DNA of 64,000 bases, from assembly GCA_905178155.1 (NCBI GenBank), contig CAJINV010000004.1:5620828-5684827 (forward strand), in the 5' to 3' direction. Under the pieces are notes generated by a model, which saw only the letters and a list, made by a program, of their open reading frames with translations, was not told where the DNA came from and searched no databases. Of the stretch, positions 1-11,900 are shown in pieces. Made by a program: the position numbers and the translations under genes. The DNA is from Amoebophrya sp. A120 (taxonomy: Eukaryota > Protista > Dinoflagellata). Position 1 is the first letter of the stretch. Each line of letters starts with the position of its first letter.

Positions 1-1632
1 CGCACTTCGCACGGGAATTTCAATATGTTTTACAAGACTGCAAAAGAAAAGACCGAGCATGACGGATTATGCAGGTGCTTCAAACTCTTTTGCAGGACCC
101 ACCCTAGGCATTTATACATAAGTACACCCTAGGCCCGCAAGCGGATGAGGGAAAAACCGAAGCAAAAAGCACTCGCGAAAGAGAACAGGAGTCGCTCTTT
201 CTAGTGCGTGGCGCTGGTAGTTGCGCGAGTGTGGTGACTGCCACAAAACTGCAGCGCTTTTTGTGTTTTGCAGTGCGCATTTGTATACGTTATGGCCGTG
301 AAACAGAGTCGCTGTTTTGTCAAAGAGCAAGAGCAAGCGCTATGGGACCGAATGAAAAAAAAAGCAAAGGCAAAAAACTTCTGCTTGGCTATCAGGATGC
401 GCAGCATTGTCCCGCATGAGCAAGCAACGAACGAGGGGGCCGGCGCGCTTCTCTGCCAATGGACCGGCGCGCGCGAAAAAGAAACAAACGCGACAACAGA
501 GCTGCGCGGCAAGCTTGCGAAAAAAAGACGCGCGCTTGCTTTCAGACACAGGCGGAATGCCACACAGCTCAGGCGAGAAGCCGAATCTAATCACACTGAG
601 ACGCCCGGCGTGGGGAAAAGAACAAAGTGCGTGCCGACGTGCTGGCGCACAAGCAAGCACAACATTGCGCGGGGCACCAAAGTGGGGAGCCCCCTTTGGG
701 CGCAGGGGAAACAAACAGCGGGCACCCCCACAGGCCTAAAAGCGTGCGAAGGGAGGCGCCCGCCCCCGGCGCGGGCCCATGCCCTTACACAACCACACAC
801 AGCCACCAAGGTAGGCGGCGCCCGCATGTGCTGGTGGGTGCTGTTACGGGGGGGGGGGGGGGGCGGAGGGTAGCCACATCAGGGGGCGCCGCCCGCGCAG
901 CACAGCCACCACAATCAGCCAAGCAACGCCGCGCGCCCTGCGCCGGACGGTGCGTGGGGCCTTAGGGGGGTGCCCACTCGCAGCAGCCGCGGCGGGCTGC
1001 GGGACGAGTTCGGCGGCGCCGTCGCGGGCGGTGGTCCCAGTCGGAGGCGCGGGCGCCTCCTGGTCGGTGCGGGGGCCTGGCGGCCAAACACAGGCAACAC
1101 GCACACACTCACAGGCAAGAAAAGGGGCGCGGGCCCGTTCGGGTCTTGCTTGGGCGTTCCCAATGGCCCGCGCCAAGAACATGCCGCACGCCATTCCTTG
1201 GCTTGGTTGCCGCTCCGCTGTGCGGCGTCCCTTGGTTTGATTGCGCGGTCCGGCCCCTGAACGTCAACCAGGCAAAGCAACGCCGAAGGCCGGCGCATCT
1301 GCCGAAAGGCCCCCAAGAACGAAGAAGGCACACCAAAAGCCGACAGGGCAGAAGCAAAAACTAGCGCTCTCCGCCCTAGGCTAGGCGGCCTACGGTCACT
1401 GTCCTAGCCTAGGCGAGTCCGCCGCAGCGTTTTGGCCTAGCATGTCAAAAATTAGCTTCGCAAACTCGCGCAAGGCCCGGACTAGGGTAGTGCATGAGGA
1501 AAACATGAGGAAAAACAAAGCAAAACGATTTGCCCCACGCTAGGCCGCGCCAAACGTCCAGGGCACTGCGACCCATCCTAGCCCGGTGCATTGGACTAGC
1601 CTCGGTCTAGAACGCCGTCATGCTAGGATTCC
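1..1632. mobile_element. GC-rich non-coding insert nested inside a family-C introner (left end off-window)
   Basis: Family-C sequence resumes abruptly at 1633 (gcatgcattacaaatc, cf. 6494). The composition is distinct, with 11 CTAG sites in 1361-1626. Confidence 0.55.
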
Positions 1633-1748
1633 GCATGCATTACAAATCTTTTTTTTTAGGGTAAATCCGCATTACAAATTTTATTTTTCATGCTGAGGAA
1701 ATTTGTAAGTAATGCATTTATACGAGTACGATAATTTTGCAGTGCATA
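1633..1748. mobile_element. Introner family C, right part
   Basis: Ends tacgagtacgataattttgcagtgcata and aligns to the 6460-6609 copy. Confidence 0.85.
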
Positions 1749-4700
1749 TGTCGCCCCCCTCCTTCAACTCCGTTTGGCAGGTCCCGCCCAGGAGGTTCTC
1801 GGTATGGATTGCAGAAATGTCTGGGTCTGGAAGATTTTTACATTTTTGTCATGCATGTCTGACATGACTCGAGAATCTGTGATGCATAGGGGCATCGGAA
1901 AAGGCTCTCTCTCCAATCTGTCATGCAAAAACGTTGTTTCTCATGCGGAATTATATATACGCAACACATAGCAGCTCAAAAATTTGTCATACCTGGCTGC
2001 GTATTGCAGTCCGGGTACTTATCATCCACTTTTAGCATTACACGTCCTCTCCAGACTCAGACATTTTTGCAGTTCATACTCGGCGAGGTTGCGCAAAACA
2101 GAGGGGCGGACATTGGGGTTGTAGAACTTGTTCGGCAGCATATCCTGAGTAAAAGCATCCCCATACCAGACGAGTCAAGATGGGAAATCTCGTTCGTTCG
2201 TATGGATCGGCTCTGCCGACCGGGTGACCCATCGCCTTGCATATAAATGACCGACATACATAGGCGATCCCCGTTGCGGGACATACATATGGCCGTACGG
2301 AAGGGCCCTAAGCGCTACATACATAGTTCATCCTAGCGCCTACCACTTCGGTCGGGACTGAGTCAACCTGGACAAATCAGCCAACGTTGGCTGTTTTGCA
2401 TGACAAATTTGTCCTCGTAGTGTAGTCCTGTTTCGCTGGTTAAGCAGCATCACAGATCTAGCATATCATGCTATTTCTAGCATCGCAAATCCCAAAACAC
2501 GACTAGAAAAAGCTTCTCATGGGGCACCGCATGAGAAACTTTTTTGGCATGCAGATGTGCATGACAACTCTTGGGAGGGGATGTTTTTACTCAGAATACA
2601 GCAAGGTGCCGTCCTTGTAGTTTGACACGTTGTCCTGGTGCGAATTCCGCGCGCTCCCGTGGTACTGGTCTGGTACTTATGGATTGCAAATGTGTCTGGG
2701 TCTGGAAAGTTGGAACTCGTAATCCTAGCTTAACATAATTCCTGGGCACTCTGTATTGCATAACCGACAAATAAAGCCGCAGCCGTTTTTGTCATGCAAA
2801 AACGCAGTTTCTCATGCGGGCTGCCTATGAGAAAGTGCTCCGGATGAAAGTTGTCATGCTGGTCTGCATTCGGAAGTGTTTCCATATCCATCATCATGCA
2901 CATTTTAGCATCACAAGATTTTTCCAGACCTAGACATATTTGCATTTGATAGTACTCGATTGCGCGTTTGCTGCATCACGGTGGGCATCACCCAGGGTGC
3001 GTGGCGGAACGTCATGTCGTCCACAAACCTCGTGAACCAGCGCCGCTCCGTATCAAAGTGAAAAAAGTCCCCACCCCATATCGAAAACGAAATTTGTGAT
3101 GCTGTATTTCAGTACACAAATCAAATTTGTGTTGCAGTAGAGCACTGCACGCAGCGCGTAAGCCTAGGCAGGGGCCTTGTGGTGTAGGCGCCTAGCATGG
3201 TAGACGGCTTCCCTGTATGCCCTACAGCACTACAAATCGCTCGCATAACGTGCCGGGCAGCGTGGGCTTGCCCTCTTGCAAGACAGGCACGATTTGTGGT
3301 CACAAATCTGCATCACAAATTTTCATATGGATGCGCTTTCAATATGGGGAGGGGGGATTTTTCCTATTGATACTCCGCGAACCAACGGACGACCCGCAGC
3401 AAATCCTTGTCGTGCAAGGTATGCATTGCAAAACGATAACGTAGTACTAGTACGATCAGCATTTGAAGACAAGTTTTCATCCCAGAGTTTAAGTTAGTAA
3501 AGGAATTGAATTTTGTATTTAAAAATGCAGGCTCAACGTCAACAGGAGGTGCTTACAAACAAGCTTGGATTTGTAATTATTCTAATCAGGCATGCAAGAT
3601 TGTAATCCGTACGACTACGATAATCTTATGCAGGGGATACAAGGCGATGTCCAGCAACTTTTTCACAAAGTGGTTTCTCCGCGGATCTACCAAATCCGCG
3701 TACGGCGGTTCGGACGGCTGGATAGTGCTCAACGGTGGCAACGGGGGGTCCTTACCGGCGGTACGACCTATGACAGCATCCGCCACTTCCTCGAATATGT
3801 TACTCGCACCTTTCTATGCAGGGAAAAAACGTCGTGATCTACTGTGTCTGGAGGATTTATTTTGCAGATGTGTGTCCGTCGTGCGGTATTTGCATGGCAC
3901 AGAAGCTGCTCTGGCATGCAAGCAATATTAGCATCACAAGTTATAGTTTTGTGAAAACTTTGTCATGCATACTATAATTCTGGACGACATATCCTGTCTG
4001 TTTTTGTGTGAGTGAATAAAGAGAGCAGTACAACGAACTACAAGGTGGCTGCACCTCTACTACCACAACAAGGTGCTGGCACAGTCGATGACCCAGACGT
4101 TATATTTGTATTGGCTACTTTCAGAACCGGTCCTGCCTTGGCGCGCGCAAATGGGTTCAAGTCCTCCACATTTACGGAGAACCTCCACAAGGGGTTTGCC
4201 GCTGGGTGTCCGCTAAATATCGCGAGGAAAAATCCCCCCTCCCCATATTGAAAAGGTACGCCGCAGAAAATTTGCAGTGCTGATTTATTGACAATATACA
4301 CCAAAAATAGCTCGTAGAACCCTGTCAACTTCCACCAAGTGAAACATCATTGGTGAGGTGCCCAGGGCCCCTGGAGGTGAGAAACGAGCGCAAATCATCT
4401 CTGCCTATACAAGAAGGGAGTTCCACAGGCTCCGCCGCATTATGCGGGCAGTTTGTGATGCTATTAGGCCTACAGCGCAGAGGACGTTTCTCATGCTAAG
4501 CGCCTAGGCCAAAACCTCTCTACTCAGGCTTGATATAGGCCTGCCGTCCTCTCCAGCAAGACAAATCTGATTTGTGTAGGCAAGTCCAGCATCACAACAA
4601 ACTTCGTTTTGATATGGGGAGGGGGGATTTTTCATTTTGATACTCACGGGTCTATCATCATCGGGGGCTATTTCCTTCCACTTCTCTACGGCGCGCCGCA

Positions 4701-7297
4701 GGGCCGGCGCGATCGGTGGCGGATTCGGGGACCTGAGGCCTTCTGAGGGAACGAACATGTACGGATGCACGAATGCGCTGGGAAACAGGTCTTCCGGAAC
4801 GAGCGAAAAGAGCAGGAAAAGAGACGGCGCGACCGCATTGAGCAGGAAAAGAGACGGTGGGGCGCGCGTGTCTGCCATATCCGGTGAGACAAGCCCTCCG
4901 GGATCCGGGAATTCGTCGGTGGCAGCCTGCTCTAGTTGCCGCAAGTCTTTCCGTATCAAGCGCAAAAACGTCTGGGTCTGGAAGAATGATGTAAACTTGT
5001 CATGCAGATTTTCCACGACCCATGAGGTCTGGAATGCGGGACCTAGCATTACAGACCCTGTGAGGTCTCTACCATGCCTATCCTACATGAGAAACTCCCT
5101 CCCAACTTGGTCAAAAGTGGACAGCTTTTGGCACTCATGCAACACACATTTTTGCATGCTTCAGATTTACCATGACAAGTTGCCACCTTCCTGACCCAGA
5201 CATATTTGCAGTCCATATCCCGCACGTCGCGTTCGTACTCGAACACGGTCAAAAGCCATGACAGTGCACAACTCCCCCTCCCCCCCCTCATATGTATAGC
5301 ATGAACGGCAGTACATCAAGCGTCAGCAAGAATGCCGGTCTTGCATGACAAATTTTCCCAAGAGTGTAGTAAGTACTGTTTGGGCTCCTTCCGGAGTTTG
5401 TCATCCATAGAGGGACAGCATAGAGTTGGTGTTTTGCATGAGAGATGAGAACGAGGGGGAGCTGTGCACTGTCGTAAAAGCCCGTGCTGCGGTCCGTTTG
5501 AGTTTCTGCGCTCAAGGCGGCACAGTTTAATTTTTTCGGGAGCATTCCGAAGTGCGTCCGCATACTCAGGGTTCATTGGCTTCGGTAAAGCCGGTCCCGT
5601 GTCCGCATGTTCTTTAAACAAGAACTCTTTCAGTGGCCTCCCCAAATCAGCACGTTCAGGGTTCTTGTTCCACCATTTGCCGGAAACTAACCGCCCGTCA
5701 TCCTTCGCTAATGCAGCGTAGTAGTCCACGTTATGCATTGCAAAAGTGTCTGGGTCTGTACTCTGAAAGATTGCTGAGGTTTGTGATGCTGTGTCTGCTT
5801 GACACGGAAGGTGTGCCATGCAAGGCCTAGCATCGCAGGATTTGAAGATACGGCTTCCCAAAAATGCTTAATCCGCATGACAAACACCTTCTTTCGGCGA
5901 CAGGAAAAGGAGCTCCCTTTGCTGTCTAAGCATGACAGATTTTTGTGTGATCCAAGTATGCGTCACAAGTTCGCATCCTTCCAGACCCAGACATTTTTGC
6001 ATTTGATACACGTCCGCCTGATCTGCCACGAATGCGCGTCGATACAAGGCGTCGGGGAGCGTGTTCCACACCAGATTTTTTTCCCGGTTCAGGGGCGCCG
6101 CAGCGAGGTTCTTTCCCGCGGCCGTCAGCGCCACCTGCAGCCTGTCAAAGGCCCGCTTGTACCGCGAGGAAGCAGGGTCGTCGTTTTTGCGGGACAACAC
6201 CTCGTGGGATTCTGTCAGCCAGTCTTTCAGCAGCCCAAACACGTTGTTTTCGTTTCGCACCAAGTACTTGACCGCAAGGTCCTGCAGCGTCAGCCACATG
6301 AACGCCGGCAGGTCTTCCAGGGCTTTATAGGTAGGGGCGAAAGCGATTGATCGCAATCGGTTCAATTCGGTGTCGTGCTCGTCGTACGCCACGTCGTTTC
6401 CGTGTATGTCGCGAGGTACCTCGGCGTACTTGTTCATCTCGTTTCTGACGTTTGTCAGGTATCCTGTGCAAGAGTACCGTATTCGTATTGCAAGCATGCA
6501 TTACAAATCTTTTTTGTATAAGTGAAATCCGCATTACAAATTTAATTTCTCATCATGCTGAGGAAATTTGTAATGCATTGATACGAGTGCGATACTTTTG
6601 CAGTGCATATCAGGTGCTGCTGGACAATCCGTTTCGCGTATTTCTTTTTACTTTCATTGTGATCCTTGTCATCACGGTAAATATGGTCCTTGTAGAAATT
6701 GATATCCTCCAGCTCATTCTTTTCCAACGCGTCATGAATGTTGATGTTCAGCACAGTTTCCCAGGGCACATCGTCGAAAAAGGCTTTCTGTATTATCTCC
6801 CCCCGCTTTGCTTCGTCGGCACTGAAAAAGCCGTCGAGCGCGGTCCGCAGGTCCCGCCCGACGGCGAGTAAATCGCCGATTTCGAGGCTGGCAAGCGGGT
6901 TCCGGTCGTGCTCCAGGGTGTGCACAAAGGGGGCGTAGTGGTCCCACAGCAGGTTAGCGGAGGCGGGCTGGAGATGAAAAACTGTGTCCGACGAGGACGT
7001 GGGTAGTCTCAAGGTGCCGCACAACGCAAAGAGGGAAATCGCGCTGATAAAGCAGGAGGTGGTCGTCCCCATACTACTGGTGCTGCGACGGAGATGTTGA
7101 TAAAAGGAGCTCCTCGCGCGGGCTGCGGCCCTCGTCGTGCTGGTACTAGCACTAGAATTTTTATCCGCGCTCCTTGTTGATCTCATCTTCGGACTTCTTG
7201 TGCGTTGATCTTCTAGTCCGACGAACAAAGACGCTGTCGTGCAGAACTCAAGGCCGTCGTATCCACTATTTTGGTTTATGCCTCTTTTTCGCTTCAT
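1749..7297 (-). CDS. Hypothetical protein, multi-exon, 12 introner introns; 3' end lies beyond the left window edge
   Basis: ATG at 7297 (MKRKRG...). Removing each element plus one TSD joins the ORF fragments in frame, e.g. QQHL|TNVRNEM, QADV|DYY, QHGL|LTVFEY, DIAL|HDKDLL, WFAE|RRWFTRF, GTLL|PNKFY, NLAE|NLLGG. No domain recognised. Confidence 0.8.
1803..2078. mobile_element. Introner family A (TIR core AAAnTGTCTGGGTCTGGA)
   Basis: TAT..ATA termini, TSD ctcgg/ctcgg. Confidence 0.93.
2141..2598. mobile_element. Introner family B (TIR TATyCTGAGTAAAAnCrTCCCC) with ~180-bp internal insert
   Basis: TSD cagca/cagca. Collinear with 46289-46578 except for ~2191-2370. Confidence 0.92.
2678..2951. mobile_element. 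Introner family A
   Basis: TSD gtact/gtact. Confidence 0.93.
3051..3372. mobile_element. Introner family D (TIR core AAAAATCCCCCCTCCCCATAT)
   Basis: TSD ctccg/ctccg. Confidence 0.92.
3420..3639. mobile_element. Introner, family C-like (diverged)
   Basis: TAT..ATA termini, TSD caagg/caagg, frame restored. Confidence 0.85.
3815..4117. mobile_element. Degenerate introner (weak TIR, ends CTA)
   Basis: TSD ctttc/ctttc. Removal gives VLK|GASNIFEE in frame. Confidence 0.75.
4218..4642. mobile_element. Introner family D, diverged TSD
   Basis: TIR aaaaatccccctccccatat. Flanks ctaaa/ctcac; frame restored by removing 430 nt. Confidence 0.82.
4954..5217. mobile_element. Introner family A
   Basis: TSD ttccg/tcccg. 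Confidence 0.92.
5257..5476. mobile_element. Introner family E (TIR TATGAnAGTGCACAACTCCCCCTC)
   Basis: CAT..GTA termini, TSD aaagc/aaagc. Confidence 0.9.
5732..6008. mobile_element. Introner family A
   Basis: TSD cacgt/cacgt. Confidence 0.92.
6460..6609. mobile_element. Introner family C (TIR core TGCAAAAGyATCGTACT, ~150 bp)
   Basis: TSD tcagg/tcagg. Confidence 0.92.
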
Positions 7298-8267
7298 GTA
7301 CTTGTAGAAAAATTCTAGTTTTACTGTGTCAGAAAAACGCGCGTAATGAGTACTAGGCCCGAAAGGTCAAAGTCAAAGATCTCTGGTGTCCACTCATCAC
7401 GCACTACTTTTGATTACGTTTACCTTTACGAGAACGAGATGCTATGTTGCCGAGATGCTAATTGATCGTACACTGACTTTTTGCGTTAAAAAGCAGGAAT
7501 AAAAAACCGCTTTGTGTGCCTAAGCTAACTAAAAAGTTGAATATTTTTTGAAAAATTTTACTATCTTACACTTGATTGGTGTCATTTCTCACAACCGTTT
7601 GCGCGCCCAAAACTGGAAAAATTATGAATGAGTGCAATGGAACGATTCCAGTCTTCACATCACTGACTTTCAACAGAGCCAAACACCGAAACAACCGAGA
7701 CCGAATCGTTTTCGTCGATGTTGCAAAAATGTGATTTTAGCCCCGAGGCGCCAGCCGCCTGGAGTTATAGTTTTTTTTCGGAAGATCGATTTATGTTTTT
7801 CTTTTTTGTCAAGGATCTACTGTCAGCACTTATCGATCGATTTCGTGAACGCGAATGCAGACCGAATGGCTTTGTCAAACAAACCCGACGAGGAATTTGT
7901 TGATTTCAGATCGCGTGTGTTGATCTAGACCAACATAATTTATTTTTCGCCATGGATCGGGGAAGTTTCAATGTGATCATGCCTTTTTATTTTTGATCAT
8001 GATCTTGTTCATGGCAGAGCACAGCTCTGTAGTTTTTCGTTTTGCAAAGTGGGCAAGAAGTTGTTTTACTTCTGTCGGAAAATGTATGTATTATCTACTT
8101 AAAGAGTAAGTACACGACAGCACCGATTCGTACTATACAACCGAGCAGACGGAAAGCAAGAACGACAGGGGTCTCGTGCCGGGGAAGCAATAGCAATAGC
8201 GAAGCCAGAAAACCGACGTACACAACATGAAATTCCGATCAACCGGTAGGGCGGCGTCCCTGGTGAA

Positions 8268-8321
8268 AGAGACCAGGTCGCTGTCAGAGACCAGGTCGCT
8301 GTCAGAGACCAGGTGGCTGTC
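8268..8321. repeat. 18-bp tandem repeat x3 (agagaccaggtcgctgtc)
   Basis: Directly visible; one substitution in copy 3. Confidence 0.9.
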
Positions 8322-8967
8322 GTCAGGACGCGGCCGGCGGTTGCTGTAACGTTTTCTTGTGAAATGCAATATGAAATGGAAATCGTACACAACATGAGAC
8401 TGGACGAGTGAAGCTGAAAGTTGTGCAGCGTTTCAAAAAAAGAAGTATCATTGCGCATGCCCAGCGTGTTAGTTTTTGAAAGCGTCATGGTCATTGTTTT
8501 AGTTTTACTACAACTTCGATTTCGAAGATATAATGCAATTTTCGTCATTGGTTTATTTTGGTCTTCAACAACATAAATATACCAAAAGGTTTAGGATTGA
8601 TCATACATAGCCATCAATGTCGTGCGAGATGTGGAACTGCGGGTCCCTTTCTGACTTTGATGAAATCGAAAAATGAATGCTGTGTTGCTGAGTTACTTTT
8701 GATCTGTTTCTGTACCACATAACTGACGAAGAAAAATTTTCATTTAGACTTCTCTAGGTGTTGCATTCAGTTTGTTCATTGATTTTAGCATAAAATACGA
8801 GGACCTCGAACTGCCACATTTGATGTTGACGAAACACCATTTGTTCTATTGCTTGAGTTTCTGCTATGGTGGTCCTCATGCACAAAAATTATACAGCGCA
8901 AGCACTTTTTTACAAAAATGTTGTTCTTTCCAACATCAGGAGAGAACAAATGCGGGCGTCATTCTAT

Positions 8968-11900
8968 CTAGGTCTCATCTTCCCGACCTTTTCTTCCCTC
9001 CTTCTTCGTACGGCGCTCGCTGGACTTTTCTCGTTTCCGTGAGGAATTGTGTGAGGTTTTGATGCGTCTTCTCATCACACAAAAAAAGTGTTACAGTTAC
9101 ACATTTGTTATCAATTCAGCTTCAGCAACACAAATATCTTTGCATGAGAGCAGAGAAAACTTGCTACGTATGCAACAATCCTACGGGAAAACACGGACGA
9201 AACAAAGCTCCGATGCATATCCGGCATGACAGAGCTTGTCTGCCGTGCTCTTGCAATTTTTGGAAATTGGCCAACGTCCAATTCTTGCAAACCGAGCGAA
9301 AAAATCCAAAAAATCGCCTCCCCACGGGTGAGGAGCGACTCGTAGGCGGCAGAACGGCTGAGGCAAAGACAAAAAGTTTTGCAATTTTTCAAAATTGGCC
9401 AGCGTCAGACATTGCCAAACCGACCGAAAAAATCCAAAAAACCGCCTCCCCACGGGTGAGCAAAGATTCGTAGGCGGCAGAACGGCTGAGGCAAAGACAA
9501 AAAAATTTGCAATTTTTCAAAATTGGCCAGCGTCCAACGCTCACAAACCGAGCGAAAAAATCCAAAAAACCGTCCCCCACGATGGAGGAGCGACTCGTAG
9601 GCGGCAGAACGGCCTAGGCAAAGACAAAAAGTTTTGCAATTTTTCAAAATTGGCCAGCGTCCGATCTTTGCAAACCGAGCGAAAAAATCCAAAAAACCGC
9701 CTCCCCACGATTGAGGAGCGATTCGCAGGCGGCAGAACGGCTGAGGCAAAGACAAGAAGTCTTGCAATTTTTGAAATTTGGCCAGCGTCCGATTTTTCCA
9801 AACCGAGCGAAAAAATCCAAAAAACCGCCTTACCACGGGTGAGGAGCGATTCATAGTCGGCAGAACGGCTGAGGCAAAGACAAAAAGTTTTGCAATTTTT
9901 CAAAATCGGCCAACGTCAGACGCTGGCAAACCGACCGAAAAAATCTTTTGGCCTGCAACACAATGTGTAACTGTGACACTTTTTTCGTGCGATATTTCTG
10001 GAATAATTTTTATGCTCGTCTGTGTCGGACGAGGAGGAGGTGTTGTGTGATTTTCGACTCTTTTTGGACTTATGTCTCTTTTTCTTGTCGCCCTTGGAGG
10101 ATCTGCTCCTGTGTTGTACTGGCGTCTTGGAAGCCGTAGAGAAATTCGGACTGGTCATGTCGCCGCTGTGAATCTCCATGCCATCTCCACGACCTCCTGC
10201 ATCTCTTGTTTTACTGCTGTGCTGCGCGTGACTCCGGAACGAGGACTCGTCGGCCCCATGGTCTCCTTGTGCTTCGAAGTGGTGGTCTTCACGCTTAGTA
10301 CTTCTACCCGCTTCCCCTCTCGACGAGGACTGGTGTCGTCTATGACGTCGGCGTCGACTGGAACTACTTTCAGCACGCGGCCCACCTGCCGCCCCAGAAG
10401 AGCCGAGGCTGCTCGAAGATGAGCCACGCCGGTGTCTACTGCTTTTGCGGGATTTGTTCTTCCGTTTCTTTGCCTTCTTCAAATGCGGACTGGTGCTGCT
10501 TCTCGTCTTTTTCTTGTTGGCACTTATTTCTCGTTCTGCTTGATCTTGATGTCGTGGTCCAGCGATAGTTGACGAAGACCCCCGAAAGCGACCTCGGCCA
10601 CCACCAGCAGCTGCAGCCGCTAGATCTATCGCCACACTACAACTCGGCGGCGGCAAAACTTGACTCGGGCGCGCGGTCGCGATTGCCGGGGGTTGGTTTA
10701 CCACATCAAGTGCAGCAGGCACGGCTCCAGCTGCACCAGAGTCAACTTCGTAGTCGTACAGATGCAGCTCCTGCTCCCAGTCCATCGTGAAAGCCGTGAA
10801 ATCCCACTCCGTGTCCAGATCGTCGGGGTTGAAAATGACTTTGCAGGCGGAATGGTCTTGCACGATTTCAGCTACCTGCACGATTTCATCTGGATGCAAT
10901 GCGGGCTGATGTTGCAGTAGCTCATCTTTTGTCTGCGCTCTTTTCTTGTCGTCACCGGCGGCACTGTTTGCTCTATTTTGCGGCTCTGAAGAATTTTGAG
11001 TTGGAACGCCGTCGTCGTGTAGGGCTTTTCCTTCTTGTTCCCGCGGATCGAACGTTGCTTCTTCACCATCGAGAGCCTCTTCGTGCGCGACTCCCAAGGA
11101 GGTGGAAGCTTTCTCCAATACGATCGCACCTTCAACATCCTCCTCCGCGACGGATCCGAGGTCGCTTACGGAGTCGTCCTGTTGTTGTTTTATCGCCAAG
11201 TGTTGATCCTTATTTCTTCTTGACGGTTCTGTTGGTCGCAGCTCCGGAATGGTGTTGTAGTTGTTTTCCGCGAGCATCAAGACACCAGCACTGGCCTCCT
11301 CATACTGGTTAAACTCCTGCTGCTCATCCTCCTCAAGATCGTCCTCATCCTCCTGCTCCGCGCGGGGGTTGAAGGGTTGATCTCCCGCTTCGAAAATCGT
11401 CACCGCGTGGAGTTCTTGTTCTTCTCCTTCTTCTTGGGAATGATCGGAGGATACGATACTCTCGATCTCGTCGTTTGTATCGGTAGTTCTCGTTGCCGGA
11501 GGAACAACAATTTCCTCTCTACTTCCACCTTCCTCGGAGATCTCGCTTCCACTGCCGTTTTCGCTTTGACCGAACTCAACATCTTCCTGCTGATCCTCCT
11601 CGTCCTCCGACGCCAGGACCGATTCTTGCAAGAAAGCGGACGAGTTGCAGCTCCCTTGGTCCTCGACTTGTCCACTTTCGGTGATGTTGTCCTCCCCGTC
11701 GACAACATGACCCCCGCCGATCGAAGGGGAAGATGAAGATTTTGCGGAATGATCATCCATTTTTTCATGCTTCTTCACAACGCCACTTTTTCCAGCACCC
11801 TCATTACCATCCGCTAACTGCAGCAGCATGGGACCCGGAATTTCGTCACACCTGAAGTTCGCGTCTGTGAGCTCGAATCGGTTCTCATCCCCCGCCTTGC

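Noticed and set aside
4213-4647. Canonical GTGAG...TTTAG intron formed by the diverged TSDs
   Set aside because: Removing 435 nt shifts the frame and reaches TAA after the next junction, whereas the 430-nt removal keeps the frame.
9105-10050. Repetitive ORFs on both strands
   Set aside because: Translations of the 128-bp satellite inside an intron.
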